DNA of 64,000 bases from Minisyncoccota bacterium (GTDB taxonomy: Bacteria > Patescibacteriota > Minisyncoccia > Phycocordibacterales > UBA9973), in assembly GCA_021734995.1 (NCBI GenBank), contig JAIPHX010000003.1, positions 75,969 to 139,968 on the forward strand, read 5' to 3'. Positions within the stretch are counted from its first letter, which is position 1. Each line of letters begins with the position of its first letter. The position numbers and the translations under genes are program-made. The notes below the pieces were generated by a model. The model was not told where the DNA came from. It ran no database searches and saw only the letters and a list, made by a program, of their open reading frames with translations. Positions 54,650-63,370 of this stretch are shown here, piece by piece.

Positions 54650-55081
54650 CTAGGCATCACTTAAATCAATAAGATATTTTTTCAGCGTTCTTTGAATTTG
54701 AATGACTATTTTCTCACGAGAAATTGGTTTACTTCTCGCTATGCCTTTTGCAAAATTGTACAAATCCTCGTTACTCATCCGTATCCACTTTCCATTTTTA
54801 TGACAAAGATAAAGCATACTCATAACTGCAATTCTTTTGTTCCCATTTTGGAATGGGTGATTTTTAATTATAAAATAGAATAAAACACTAGCTTTTCCAA
54901 TAAGCCCTCTGTATAAATCTTTCTTATTAAATTGCATAAACGGGGTTTCTATACAGCTCTCGAGTATATTAGGAAATCTAGTGCCGAATTCGGGGATAGG
55001 TTCATCGTAAGTCATTAACTTTTGTGCAAATAAGAATGCAACGTATTCTATTTCCTTTACCGTAATTTTCTTTGTTCTCAT
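54650..55081 (-). CDS. Fic/Doc-family toxin (Doc-type)
   Basis: HPFQNGNKRIA matches the Doc-type Fic motif HxFx(D/N)GNKR. 1-nt overlap with the upstream HTH gene. Confidence 0.75.
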   Translation of the reverse strand: MRTKKITVKEIEYVAFLFAQKLMTYDEPIPEFGTRFPNILESCIETPFMQFNKKDLYRGLIGKASVLFYFIIKNHPFQNGNKRIAVMSMLYLCHKNGKWIRMSNEDLYNFAKGIARSKPISREKIVIQIQRTLKKYLIDLSDA

Positions 55082-55335
55082 TACTCTTTACTTAATTTAT
55101 TAAATACTTCCCCGTATTCTTTTAATGCTTTATCAATTACTTTTTCTATTTCTGTTCTTTTGTGAGTACCAATAGTTTCTCCCAAAATTTCTTCGATAGA
55201 TTCATAGGGAATGACATAATTGCGACCAATTTTTTCAGCCTTAATTTTTCCGCTCTTTATTTTCCTAAAGATCTCTACTCTACTTAAGTGTAGTATGTTA
55301 GCGACCTCTTGAGTTGAATACATGTTTTTCTTCAT
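55081..55335 (-). CDS. helix-turn-helix DNA-binding protein (putative antitoxin)
   Basis: YSTQEVANILHLSRVEIFRKIKSGKI is an excisionase/MerR-like HTH. Upstream of, and overlapping, the Doc gene. A palindrome gtaacatatgttac (55345..55358) lies in its promoter. Confidence 0.6.
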   Translation of the reverse strand: MKKNMYSTQEVANILHLSRVEIFRKIKSGKIKAEKIGRNYVIPYESIEEILGETIGTHKRTEIEKVIDKALKEYGEVFNKLSKE

Positions 55336-55484
55336 GTTTGTATGGTAACATATGTTACATTACAAATCAACCCATATTTAAAAGGTCAAACAAGACATTG
55401 CTATTTAAAACCAAGCTTGGTAAACTTATATCTAGGTGAGCTCGACAGGGGCTTTTCTTAGAGACTTTTATGATAAAAATGATA

Positions 55485-55558
55485 TGGTATCGTAATGAAA
55501 TGGGGTATACTTATACTCTTGTAGATCATGTGGTAAAGACAGGTGGGAGTATAAAATA
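55485..55558 (+). pseudogene. duplicated 3'-terminal fragment of gap
   Basis: tggtatcgtaatgaaatggggtatacttatactcttgtagatcatgtggtaaagacaggtgggagtataaaataa is ~80% identical, in frame, to 53766..53840. It encodes WYRNEMGYTYTLVDHVVKTGGSIK*. Confidence 0.7.
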
Positions 55559-56506
55559 ATGGATAAAAATTTAGAAATATTAAGAGATGTCCCTCAATTA
55601 GATTTTAAAGATATCTATAGTGATATTCTTGATATAGAAAATTTAATTAAATATAAAGATTATACTAGCGATAAAATAGAAGAAGAAAAAAAGAAAAAGA
55701 TAAAAAACAAATTAGGAACTATAAATAACTACAGTCAAGTTACTTTAGGACTTAAATTCTCTTTTTTCCAAAAAAAGGAACCAGACTTAGAGGAATTATC
55801 ACACAAAGAAAGATTAACAATAGATATTGTTGATTATGATATGTTTGTTAATTTTTTAGAAAGTTTAAAGAAAGACATAGAAAATAAACCTCAAAATGAT
55901 TTTTTGGTTTTCATTTTATCTAAATTAGTTGGTCAGTTTAGGTATCATTATCACTTTGATACATTTAATAAAAGAAAAGTAGATGATAATTTTTTAGATT
56001 TTGTTTTTTGTATAGAAAAAATATTAAAAGAATATGATCGATTAGGTTTAGAAAGTTATACAACAAAACTAAAAGAATATAATGATTTATTAAAGAAAGG
56101 TTATATTAAAGAATATATTCTTGCAAAAGAAATGGGTTTCATTAAATCAAATGATGAAAAGATTTTTAATTATTTATCTACTTCAAATCCAAAAATGTAT
56201 TCAGAAAGTTGGAATGATTTCTTTGTGTTTGTTCAAAAATGTAAAGAAAATCCTAAATCCATCCCTTTATTGAAAGAAGTATTTGAAAATGCAAAAAATG
56301 CAATAAAACAGCACAGACAATATATAGATTATCGTTTAGAACAGTTTAAGAATGTAGATATAAAAATGATGAAAAGAAACGATAAGGAAATGTACTTATT
56401 TAAAAAAATTGTAGAAGATTATGATAGAGTTCACTCAGTTGATGATATAATTAAATCTGTAGAATATAAGTTTTCTTTTTTAGAAGAATATTTAAAAAAT
56501 AATTAA
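55559..56506 (+). CDS. hypothetical Lys-rich protein
   Basis: 315-aa ORF starting at the ATG overlapping the stop of the gap fragment. Confidence 0.4.
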   Translation: MDKNLEILRDVPQLDFKDIYSDILDIENLIKYKDYTSDKIEEEKKKKIKNKLGTINNYSQVTLGLKFSFFQKKEPDLEELSHKERLTIDIVDYDMFVNFLESLKKDIENKPQNDFLVFILSKLVGQFRYHYHFDTFNKRKVDDNFLDFVFCIEKILKEYDRLGLESYTTKLKEYNDLLKKGYIKEYILAKEMGFIKSNDEKIFNYLSTSNPKMYSESWNDFFVFVQKCKENPKSIPLLKEVFENAKNAIKQHRQYIDYRLEQFKNVDIKMMKRNDKEMYLFKKIVEDYDRVHSVDDIIKSVEYKFSFLEEYLKNN

Positions 56507-56509
56507 ATT

Positions 56510-57157
56510 ATGAAAAAACAAATAGGAGGAGTTGTGTTAAGTAAAATAAAAAAAGGTAAATTGATATTTTTTGTTGTTTTGTTTTTCTCTTTTGTTTTTG
56601 TTACACAAAATGTTTTTGCTTGTAGTCCTATACAAAGAACTGCACAAGAAAATATTGAATATGCAGATATAATTTTTACAGGGGAACTTGTGTCAAACAT
56701 AGAACCTAAATCTGAATATATAGAAAACTTGGGAGAATTTTTTGGTTTGCACACTATGACTTTTAAAGTTGAAAAATATTGGAAAGGTAAACCAGATGAA
56801 ATTTTAGAAGTAAAAGGTGTCACAGAATCTTGTATAGGATTTAGTCCAAAGATCGGTGCTAAATATCTTTTGTATGCTAAAAAAGATAATAATCTTAATG
56901 CATATACTGTTTCCTTTTTGAATATAATTGAAGTCTCAAGTTTATCTGATTATAAAGTATTAGAATCTCTTGGAGAAGCAAAAACTTTTATCAATCAAAA
57001 GTCAATTATAAAAGATGATATTAATAAAAAAAATATCAAAAAAGAATCTGATAAAAGTATAGAAACAAAAGATTTAAATAATGATATTAATATTGAAGAA
57101 TATAAACCTTCCATCCTACGAAGATTCCTTTTGTGGCTTTTGAGTTTTACTAAATAA
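56510..57157 (+). CDS. secreted hypothetical protein
   Basis: Signal peptide with VFAC (possible lipobox) and a K/D-rich tail. Confidence 0.4.
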   Translation: MKKQIGGVVLSKIKKGKLIFFVVLFFSFVFVTQNVFACSPIQRTAQENIEYADIIFTGELVSNIEPKSEYIENLGEFFGLHTMTFKVEKYWKGKPDEILEVKGVTESCIGFSPKIGAKYLLYAKKDNNLNAYTVSFLNIIEVSSLSDYKVLESLGEAKTFINQKSIIKDDINKKNIKKESDKSIETKDLNNDINIEEYKPSILRRFLLWLLSFTK

Positions 57158-57263
57158 TCTTGTTTTTTATATTAGATTTTATCTACTCAAGAATCATTAA
57201 AGACTCAAAAATTTATAACTTATCAGAGTAGAATTAAAATTAATTTTTTGCTATTATTAAGTT

Positions 57264-57770
57264 ATGAAAATATACATATCAAGCGATCATGCTGGATTTG
57301 AGCTAAAAAAGTTTTTAAAAGAAGCTTTGACTGGTCTAGATTATGAAGTCGTAGATAATGGCCCAGATACTTATTCATCAGATGATGATTACCCAGATTA
57401 TATATCTATTACAGCAGATTTAGTCTCTAAAGAAAAAGAAAGTTTTGGAATTGTAATTGGCGGTTCAGGACAAGGGGAAGCTATTTGTGCAAACAGATAC
57501 AAGGGGGTGCAGGCCATAGTTTGCTATGGTTTGGTCCATTCTTTAGGAGAGCTTGATGTTTCGGGTTCAAAATCTACAGGAGATGGTTTTGACATTATCC
57601 GTCTTGGAAGAATGCACAATAATGCTAATATTCTTTCTTTGGGGTCTCGTTTCGTATCAAAAGAAGATGCTTTAAATGCAGTTCAAATATTTTTGAATAC
57701 TAAGTTTTCTGAGGAAGAAAGGCATGTTCGTAGAATTTTAAAAATTGATAATCAAAACAAAAATGGCTGA
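57264..57770 (+). CDS. rpiB: ribose-5-phosphate isomerase B
   Basis: MKIYISSDHAGFELKKFLKE and GIVIGGSGQGEAICANRYKGVQA match the RpiB/LacAB signatures. Confidence 0.85.
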   Translation: MKIYISSDHAGFELKKFLKEALTGLDYEVVDNGPDTYSSDDDYPDYISITADLVSKEKESFGIVIGGSGQGEAICANRYKGVQAIVCYGLVHSLGELDVSGSKSTGDGFDIIRLGRMHNNANILSLGSRFVSKEDALNAVQIFLNTKFSEEERHVRRILKIDNQNKNG

Positions 57771-58479
57771 TATTATCCCCGCAATTTTATCAAACAACTA
57801 TGAAGATTTAAAAAATAATCTTTCTTTGGTGCGTCATATCGTGCCAATTGTGCAGATTGATATTTGCGATGGTATTTTTACCCCTCATATGACTTGGCCA
57901 TTTTTAAAAAAACCAAAAGGGGATGTAAATGAATTTGAATTGGATTATCATTTTCAAAAAATATTAAACGAGCAGGAAGGTATGCCTTTTTGGGAAGATT
58001 TAGAGTTTGAATTGGATTTAATGGTGCAAGATGCAATGGAAAATTTTGATATATATACAAAAATGGGACCAAGACGAATTGTTTTTCATTTGGAAGCTTT
58101 AAAATCTTTGGAAGACTTTAAAGAATTTTTGGAAGGTGTTGATCCTTTTATAAAAGAATCTGTAGATATTGGTATTGCCTTTGGAACAAATATTGATTTG
58201 GAAAAAGTATACACCTTCGGTAATGTTGTAGATTTTTTTCAAGTAATGGGAATTAAAAAAATAGGTTTTCAAGGAGAGCCTTTTAATGAAGAATGTTTGG
58301 ACTATGTAAAAGCATTAAAAGAAAAATTTCCCGATGTGCCTGTATCAGTAGATGGATCTGTAAATTTTGACACAGCCAACGATCTTTTGTCTGTGGGAGC
58401 AGATAGGTTGGTCATTGGTTCAGCAATTTTTAATACAAATGATATAATAAATACTATAGAAGAGTTTAAAAATTTATAA
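57763..58479 (+). CDS. rpe: ribulose-phosphate 3-epimerase
   Basis: IIPAILSNNYEDL ... VQIDICDGIFTPHMTW fits the RPE pattern (iaPSiLsad...hvDvMDGhFVPN.tf). Start moved to MADIIPAIL. Confidence 0.75.
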   Translation: MADIIPAILSNNYEDLKNNLSLVRHIVPIVQIDICDGIFTPHMTWPFLKKPKGDVNEFELDYHFQKILNEQEGMPFWEDLEFELDLMVQDAMENFDIYTKMGPRRIVFHLEALKSLEDFKEFLEGVDPFIKESVDIGIAFGTNIDLEKVYTFGNVVDFFQVMGIKKIGFQGEPFNEECLDYVKALKEKFPDVPVSVDGSVNFDTANDLLSVGADRLVIGSAIFNTNDIINTIEEFKNL

Positions 58480-58508
58480 GTATAATTTTTTTTAAACAAA
58501 AATACAAA

Positions 58509-59375
58509 ATGAGTTTTTTAAGTGATAAAAAAATAAAAGAATTAGAGCTTAAAGCAAATGAAATTCGTCAATCCTTGATTGAAATGTTGCTTGAAGCTGG
58601 AAGTGGGCATACTGCTGGACCTCTTGGTATGGCAGATATTTTTACTCTTTTCTATTTTCATATTTTAAAGCATAAACCAGAGGATCCATTTTGGGAAGAA
58701 AGAGATAGGGTAGTATTATCTAACGGCCATATATGCCCAATACTTTATACAGTGATGGCTTGCGCGGGATATTTTCCTGTAGAAGAATTAAAAACACTTC
58801 GCAAGTTTGGGTCTCGTTTGCAAGGACATCCTCATAGAGAGTTTTTACCATTTTTAGAAACATCTTCTGGTCCGCTTGGATCTGGATTGTCTCAAGCTGT
58901 CGGAATGGCTTTAGCTGATAAAATAGATCATAAAGAAAAAGACAGGTATATATATTGTTTTATGTCTGATGGTGAACACAATGAAGGAAATACATGGGAA
59001 GCGATAATGCTAGCTGGAAAAAATAGGTTGCACAACCTTATCGCTATTATAGATAGAAATAATATTCAGATTGATGGATTTACAGAAGATATAATGCCTT
59101 TAGAATCTTTGACTCAAAAATGGAAATCTTTCAATTGGCATGTAATGGAAGTTGGAGGACATGATTTGCGAGCAATCAATGAAGCAATAAATGAAGCGCA
59201 CTCTATATATTCAAAACCTATAGTAATTATTGCAAATGTAATTCCTGGAAAAGGAGTGAAAGAATTTGAAAGAGATTATACTTGGCATGGGAAACCACCT
59301 ACAAAAGAAGAAGCAAACATGGCACTTAGAGAATTGCGTACTTTAAAAGGAAAGATAAAAAGTGAACATCAATAA
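58509..59375 (+). CDS. transketolase, N-terminal (TPP-binding) subunit
   Basis: GSGHTAGPLGMADIF, the TPP-binding GDG...N region (MSDGEHNEGNTWEA). Split-gene form. Confidence 0.85.
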   Translation: MSFLSDKKIKELELKANEIRQSLIEMLLEAGSGHTAGPLGMADIFTLFYFHILKHKPEDPFWEERDRVVLSNGHICPILYTVMACAGYFPVEELKTLRKFGSRLQGHPHREFLPFLETSSGPLGSGLSQAVGMALADKIDHKEKDRYIYCFMSDGEHNEGNTWEAIMLAGKNRLHNLIAIIDRNNIQIDGFTEDIMPLESLTQKWKSFNWHVMEVGGHDLRAINEAINEAHSIYSKPIVIIANVIPGKGVKEFERDYTWHGKPPTKEEANMALRELRTLKGKIKSEHQ

Positions 59376-60372
59376 AATTATGCTTAACCCTAAATTAAAA
59401 CTTAATCCAAAATTTTTTAGCTCTGAAGTGGAGCAAGTACCTATCCGTAAAGGTTTTGGCAAAGGGCTTGTCTTAGCAGGAGAAGAAAATGAAAAAGTAG
59501 TAGCTTTGTGTGCAGATCTTACTGAGTCCACCCAAATGCATTTGTTTAAAGAAAAATTTCCTGAAAGATTTGTAGAAGTAGGAGTCGCAGAGCAAAATCT
59601 AGTAACAGTAGCTTCAGGAATGTCTGCAATGGGTAAAATTCCTTTCTGTTCTTCTTATGCAATGTTTTCTCCTGGAAGAAATTGGGAACAGATTCGCACC
59701 ACTATCGCATACAATGATAGAAAAGTGGTGGTAGTAGGATCACATGCTGGTATTTCTGTTGGTCCAGATGGGGGAACACATCAAGCTCTAGAAGATATTG
59801 CTTTAATGCGAGTAATTCCAAATCTTGATGTTATTTCTCCTTGTGATTCTATTGAAGCACAAAAAGCTACTCTTGCTTTGGCAAAAAGTAAAAGGCCTGC
59901 ATATTTGCGATTGGCTAGAGAAAAAACTCCTGTAATCACTACAGAAGAAACTCCTTTTGAAATAGGAAAGGCAGAGGTATATTGGATTCCAGAAGTTGGA
60001 TTAGCACAAGTTGGAATTATTGCTACAGGAGGTCTTTTGTACAAAGCATTGTTGTCCGCAAAAGAATTAGAAAAAAAAGGAATTAAAGTAAAGGTTATGA
60101 ATATGTCTTCAGTAAAGCCATTTGATAAAGAGGCAGTATTGGCTCTTGCAAAAGAAACTAAAAAAATCGTCACAGTAGAAGAGCATCAGACAGCAGGAGG
60201 ATTGGGGAGTGTGGTAGCTGAATTTTTGGCAGAAAATTATCCTGTGCCCATGAGATTTGTGGGAGTAAAAGATAGATTTGGGCAGTCAGGCACACCTGAA
60301 GAATTGATAAAAGAGTACAATTTAGATGTAAAAGACATTATAGCAAAGGTCGGGGAATTGTTATCAAATTAA
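59362..60372 (+). CDS. transketolase, C-terminal (pyrimidine-binding + C-terminal domain) subunit
   Basis: FGKGLV ... VGVAEQNLVTVASGMS ... ARLAREK motifs of the transketolase Pyr domain. Overlaps the N-subunit gene by 14 nt. Confidence 0.85.
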   Translation: MNINKIMLNPKLKLNPKFFSSEVEQVPIRKGFGKGLVLAGEENEKVVALCADLTESTQMHLFKEKFPERFVEVGVAEQNLVTVASGMSAMGKIPFCSSYAMFSPGRNWEQIRTTIAYNDRKVVVVGSHAGISVGPDGGTHQALEDIALMRVIPNLDVISPCDSIEAQKATLALAKSKRPAYLRLAREKTPVITTEETPFEIGKAEVYWIPEVGLAQVGIIATGGLLYKALLSAKELEKKGIKVKVMNMSSVKPFDKEAVLALAKETKKIVTVEEHQTAGGLGSVVAEFLAENYPVPMRFVGVKDRFGQSGTPEELIKEYNLDVKDIIAKVGELLSN

Positions 60373-60381
60373 TTATTTTAT

Positions 60382-60621
60382 GTGATGGTAATAAAAGTAG
60401 AGTATTTAGGAGCACAACCAGACAAAGAAGCTGTAAAAAATTTGATTAATAAGGTTAGATATGCAAAGGGATATATGTATCCACAAGGTGCAAATGATAT
60501 TGAATTTCCCTCCTTAGATTCATTTCTTGATATATTACAAAAAGAAAATTTAACCCTAGAAGAGTTTAATAAAGTGCAAAAAAATTTTGAAGCAATGATG
60601 AATAGTAAACAGGAAAGATGA
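60382..60621 (+). CDS. hypothetical small protein
   Basis: 79-aa ORF. Preferred over the overlapping low-complexity minus-strand ORF 60378..60707. Confidence 0.35.
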   Translation: MMVIKVEYLGAQPDKEAVKNLINKVRYAKGYMYPQGANDIEFPSLDSFLDILQKENLTLEEFNKVQKNFEAMMNSKQER

Positions 60622-60687
60622 CTAAAATTATATTTTAATATATTATTTTCTATTTTTCCCTTACCAATTTTTAATATAATTTTCTTA

Positions 60688-61011
60688 TTATTCTTCTGAT
60701 AACGCATTCGACAATGTTAAAAAAAGAGATATCTGTTCATTTTGAACATCTTTGTTTTTTATTGAGGGTATTTGTTTAAATATTTTTTCTATCCTTAACT
60801 TAATTGATGTTTTAAATTGTTCTTCTATCTCTTCCCCTAGTTTTATATCCCTCTTTTTAATTTCTTGTAAAATTTCTTTTAAACTTGATATTAATGTTTT
60901 AGGGTCTGCTGGTGTTCCTATCGTAAGTATTTGTGCTATATAGCTATTAGCTAGAATGATTTTTTTATTAAATGATTGCTCACTTTCTCCATGTATGTCA
61001 CCGCCTTCCAT
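60688..61011 (-). CDS. hypothetical protein
   Basis: 107-aa ORF upstream (on the minus strand) of the PfkB kinase. Confidence 0.35.
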   Translation of the reverse strand: MEGGDIHGESEQSFNKKIILANSYIAQILTIGTPADPKTLISSLKEILQEIKKRDIKLGEEIEEQFKTSIKLRIEKIFKQIPSIKNKDVQNEQISLFLTLSNALSEE

Positions 61012-61014
61012 ATT

Positions 61015-62016
61015 TTATATCTTAGTTACTTTATAATCTGCCGGAGCATTATTTAGATAATACTCTAATTTTTCTTTTTGCAAAAGTCCTTTTTGTGCAC
61101 CAATATATTGGACTACAGACATAGAATTTATCGGTCCCAAAGCAAATGCTTCTAAGGGTGTTTTACCTAAAGCTATTGCAGAAGTAAAAGTAGAAGCAAA
61201 AGCATCTCCTGCTCCTGTGCGATCTGTTGGTGGAGCAATATCAGGATATATTGGATTATGCCAAACTTCACTATCTACATAAAGATACGCTCCATTTGGA
61301 CCATCGCTGATCACTACAATTTTTGGTCCTAAGGCTTTGATTCCTTCTGATAATACTTTTATGTCTTTTGAATCATTATTTAATATTTTTTGAGCTTCTT
61401 CTAAATTGCAGAAGAATAATTCTGTTTTAGCATAGATGTCTTTTAATTTTTCTGTTCCAAGTTTTATTTGGAAAGTACCAGGTTGGAAAGCAAGCTTGGT
61501 AGATGGATTTTTTTCTAAATATGATGCAACTTCTGCGTGATAAGGGAGGGAATTTTCAGAAAGGGAGCTTAGATAAATCCAAGACACATTTTTTATATCA
61601 GGCATTTTGTATTCAAAAGCAGTGTGCTTGATAAGGATCGTACGATCTACATCATAAAGTAATACATAATGATAATTTGTTTTTTTACCAGCTTCAGTTG
61701 TAATATAATCAATCAATACATTGTCTTTCTTGAGCCATTCTAGACATTCTTTTCCTTCATCATCATCTCCAATATTTGCTACTAAAGCAGACCTCAAACC
61801 AAGTCTTGAAGCAGATACTGCTGCGTTGGCGCTATTGCCTACAGCAGGTATTACAGTGACTTCTTCATAAGGGACTTTGTCTCCAAAACGAACACACAGC
61901 TCACATTCTTTATTGTCCACTCTGCAGTGAACGTTTGCATCTTTTAATCTAATAAAAGCATCGGTTACAATATCACCGATTGCTAAAAAATCAATATTGC
62001 TTTCTTGTTTATCCAT
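61015..62016 (-). CDS. PfkB-family carbohydrate kinase (ribokinase-like)
   Basis: N-terminal LAIGDIVTDAF and C-terminal DRTGAGDAFASTF (the DTxGAGD PfkB signature). Confidence 0.75.
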   Translation of the reverse strand: MDKQESNIDFLAIGDIVTDAFIRLKDANVHCRVDNKECELCVRFGDKVPYEEVTVIPAVGNSANAAVSASRLGLRSALVANIGDDDEGKECLEWLKKDNVLIDYITTEAGKKTNYHYVLLYDVDRTILIKHTAFEYKMPDIKNVSWIYLSSLSENSLPYHAEVASYLEKNPSTKLAFQPGTFQIKLGTEKLKDIYAKTELFFCNLEEAQKILNNDSKDIKVLSEGIKALGPKIVVISDGPNGAYLYVDSEVWHNPIYPDIAPPTDRTGAGDAFASTFTSAIALGKTPLEAFALGPINSMSVVQYIGAQKGLLQKEKLEYYLNNAPADYKVTKI

Positions 62017-62180
62017 GCTAGTATTATAACATATCCTTTTTAGAGATTTAATTTTTGTTCAATTTACAAAATTTTAAATTCAAAAAAAGAAAAAATGTTT
62101 TTGCCATTATAAATATAATTTACAGACCGCTCCGAGTGGCAAAAATGTTTATGTCTATATATTATCGTGCGAGAGTCTTT

Positions 62181-63314
62181 ATGTTTTTTAAGTTTTTGGT
62201 TTTTGGTTTTTTGTTATTTATTAATTTCACCGTAGCTAATGCAATTTCAATTACTGAGATTATGTATGATTCGGAAGGATCAGATGTTGATTGGCTTGAA
62301 ATCTATAACAATGAGAGTGAAAGTATAGATGTATCAAGTCTAAAGCTTTTGGTTAGTAATTCTACAGCCAATCACTCAATAAAAAAATATGCGGGTGAGT
62401 CTTCCTTGGCTTCTGGAGAATATGGGGTGATAGTAGTAAATTCTCAAATTACTTCTTTTATTGAGAAGTGGGGAAGTATTGGCAATATTTTTACTGCGAG
62501 TTTTAGTTTGCCAAATGTTTCTGAAGATCAGATCGCTAAAGTTGAGCTTAATGCTGGAGATAAAAACACTCCTCTTGCTTCTGTTGTTTATGAAGCATTG
62601 TTTGGGGCAAAAGGAGACGGCTCTTCTTTGCAGTTGTTTGACGGAGAATGGAAGAGTTCTACCCCTACTCCTTTTGTGGAAAATATTTTCAATTCTATAG
62701 ATTCAGAAGAGGGTGAAAGTGAAGAAAGCTCAGACAATAAAGATTCAGATTCTAAGAAAAGTACACCCAAAAAACCAATTATAAGTGCCAAAATATCTTC
62801 CCCTAGCGTGGTTTTTGCGGGGGAACCGTTTCTTATAAAAGGGATGATTACTGAAAATAACAAAGATGCTCAGTATGATGGAAAATATTTTTGGAATACA
62901 GGGGATGGGGTGGCAGTGACTCAATATGGTCTTCCTAAAAAAATTAGTCATATATATCACTACTCTGGAGAGTATCCTCTTTTTTTAAAATATTTTCCAG
63001 ATGTTTTCGCGGAAGATCCTACTTTTGAAGCTCGTATGAATATAAAATCTGTACCGATAGAAATATCTATCAAAAAGTTTGAAAATAATCATAATGATTT
63101 TGCTATTGAAATAATAAACAATTCTTCTTATGAAATGGATATATCTTCTTGGTTTTTATGGTCTGAAAATAGAATGTTCATATTTCCCAAATATACTGCT
63201 ATCCTACCAAAGAAAAGCATGATTCTCTCAGGTAAAGTTAGTGGTTTTTCTTTTATAGATGAATTTTCTTTGAAATTGTATTCAAGTACTGGTGCATATG
63301 TAATAGGTTTTTAA
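62181..63314 (+). CDS. secreted lamin-tail-domain (LTD) protein
   Basis: Signal peptide MFFKFLVFGFLLFINFTVANA, then ISITEIMYDSEGSDVDWLEIYNN (LTD signature). Start moved from the track's 62055. Confidence 0.55.
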   Translation: MFFKFLVFGFLLFINFTVANAISITEIMYDSEGSDVDWLEIYNNESESIDVSSLKLLVSNSTANHSIKKYAGESSLASGEYGVIVVNSQITSFIEKWGSIGNIFTASFSLPNVSEDQIAKVELNAGDKNTPLASVVYEALFGAKGDGSSLQLFDGEWKSSTPTPFVENIFNSIDSEEGESEESSDNKDSDSKKSTPKKPIISAKISSPSVVFAGEPFLIKGMITENNKDAQYDGKYFWNTGDGVAVTQYGLPKKISHIYHYSGEYPLFLKYFPDVFAEDPTFEARMNIKSVPIEISIKKFENNHNDFAIEIINNSSYEMDISSWFLWSENRMFIFPKYTAILPKKSMILSGKVSGFSFIDEFSLKLYSSTGAYVIGF

Positions 63315-63370
63315 GATGATAAACAAAAAAATACAGCAAATGGTCGCTGTATTTTTTGAAAATATTTTGT

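Noticed and set aside
54486-54650. Possible small RNA in the 165-bp convergent intergenic region
   Set aside because: Only a single terminator-like hairpin is evident. There are no conserved structural motifs I can recognise, so it is annotated as terminator only.
60378-60707. 109-aa minus-strand ORF
   Set aside because: Low-complexity, Cys/Phe/Ile-rich translation overlapping a more plausible plus-strand 79-aa ORF. Likely a frame artefact of AT-rich DNA.
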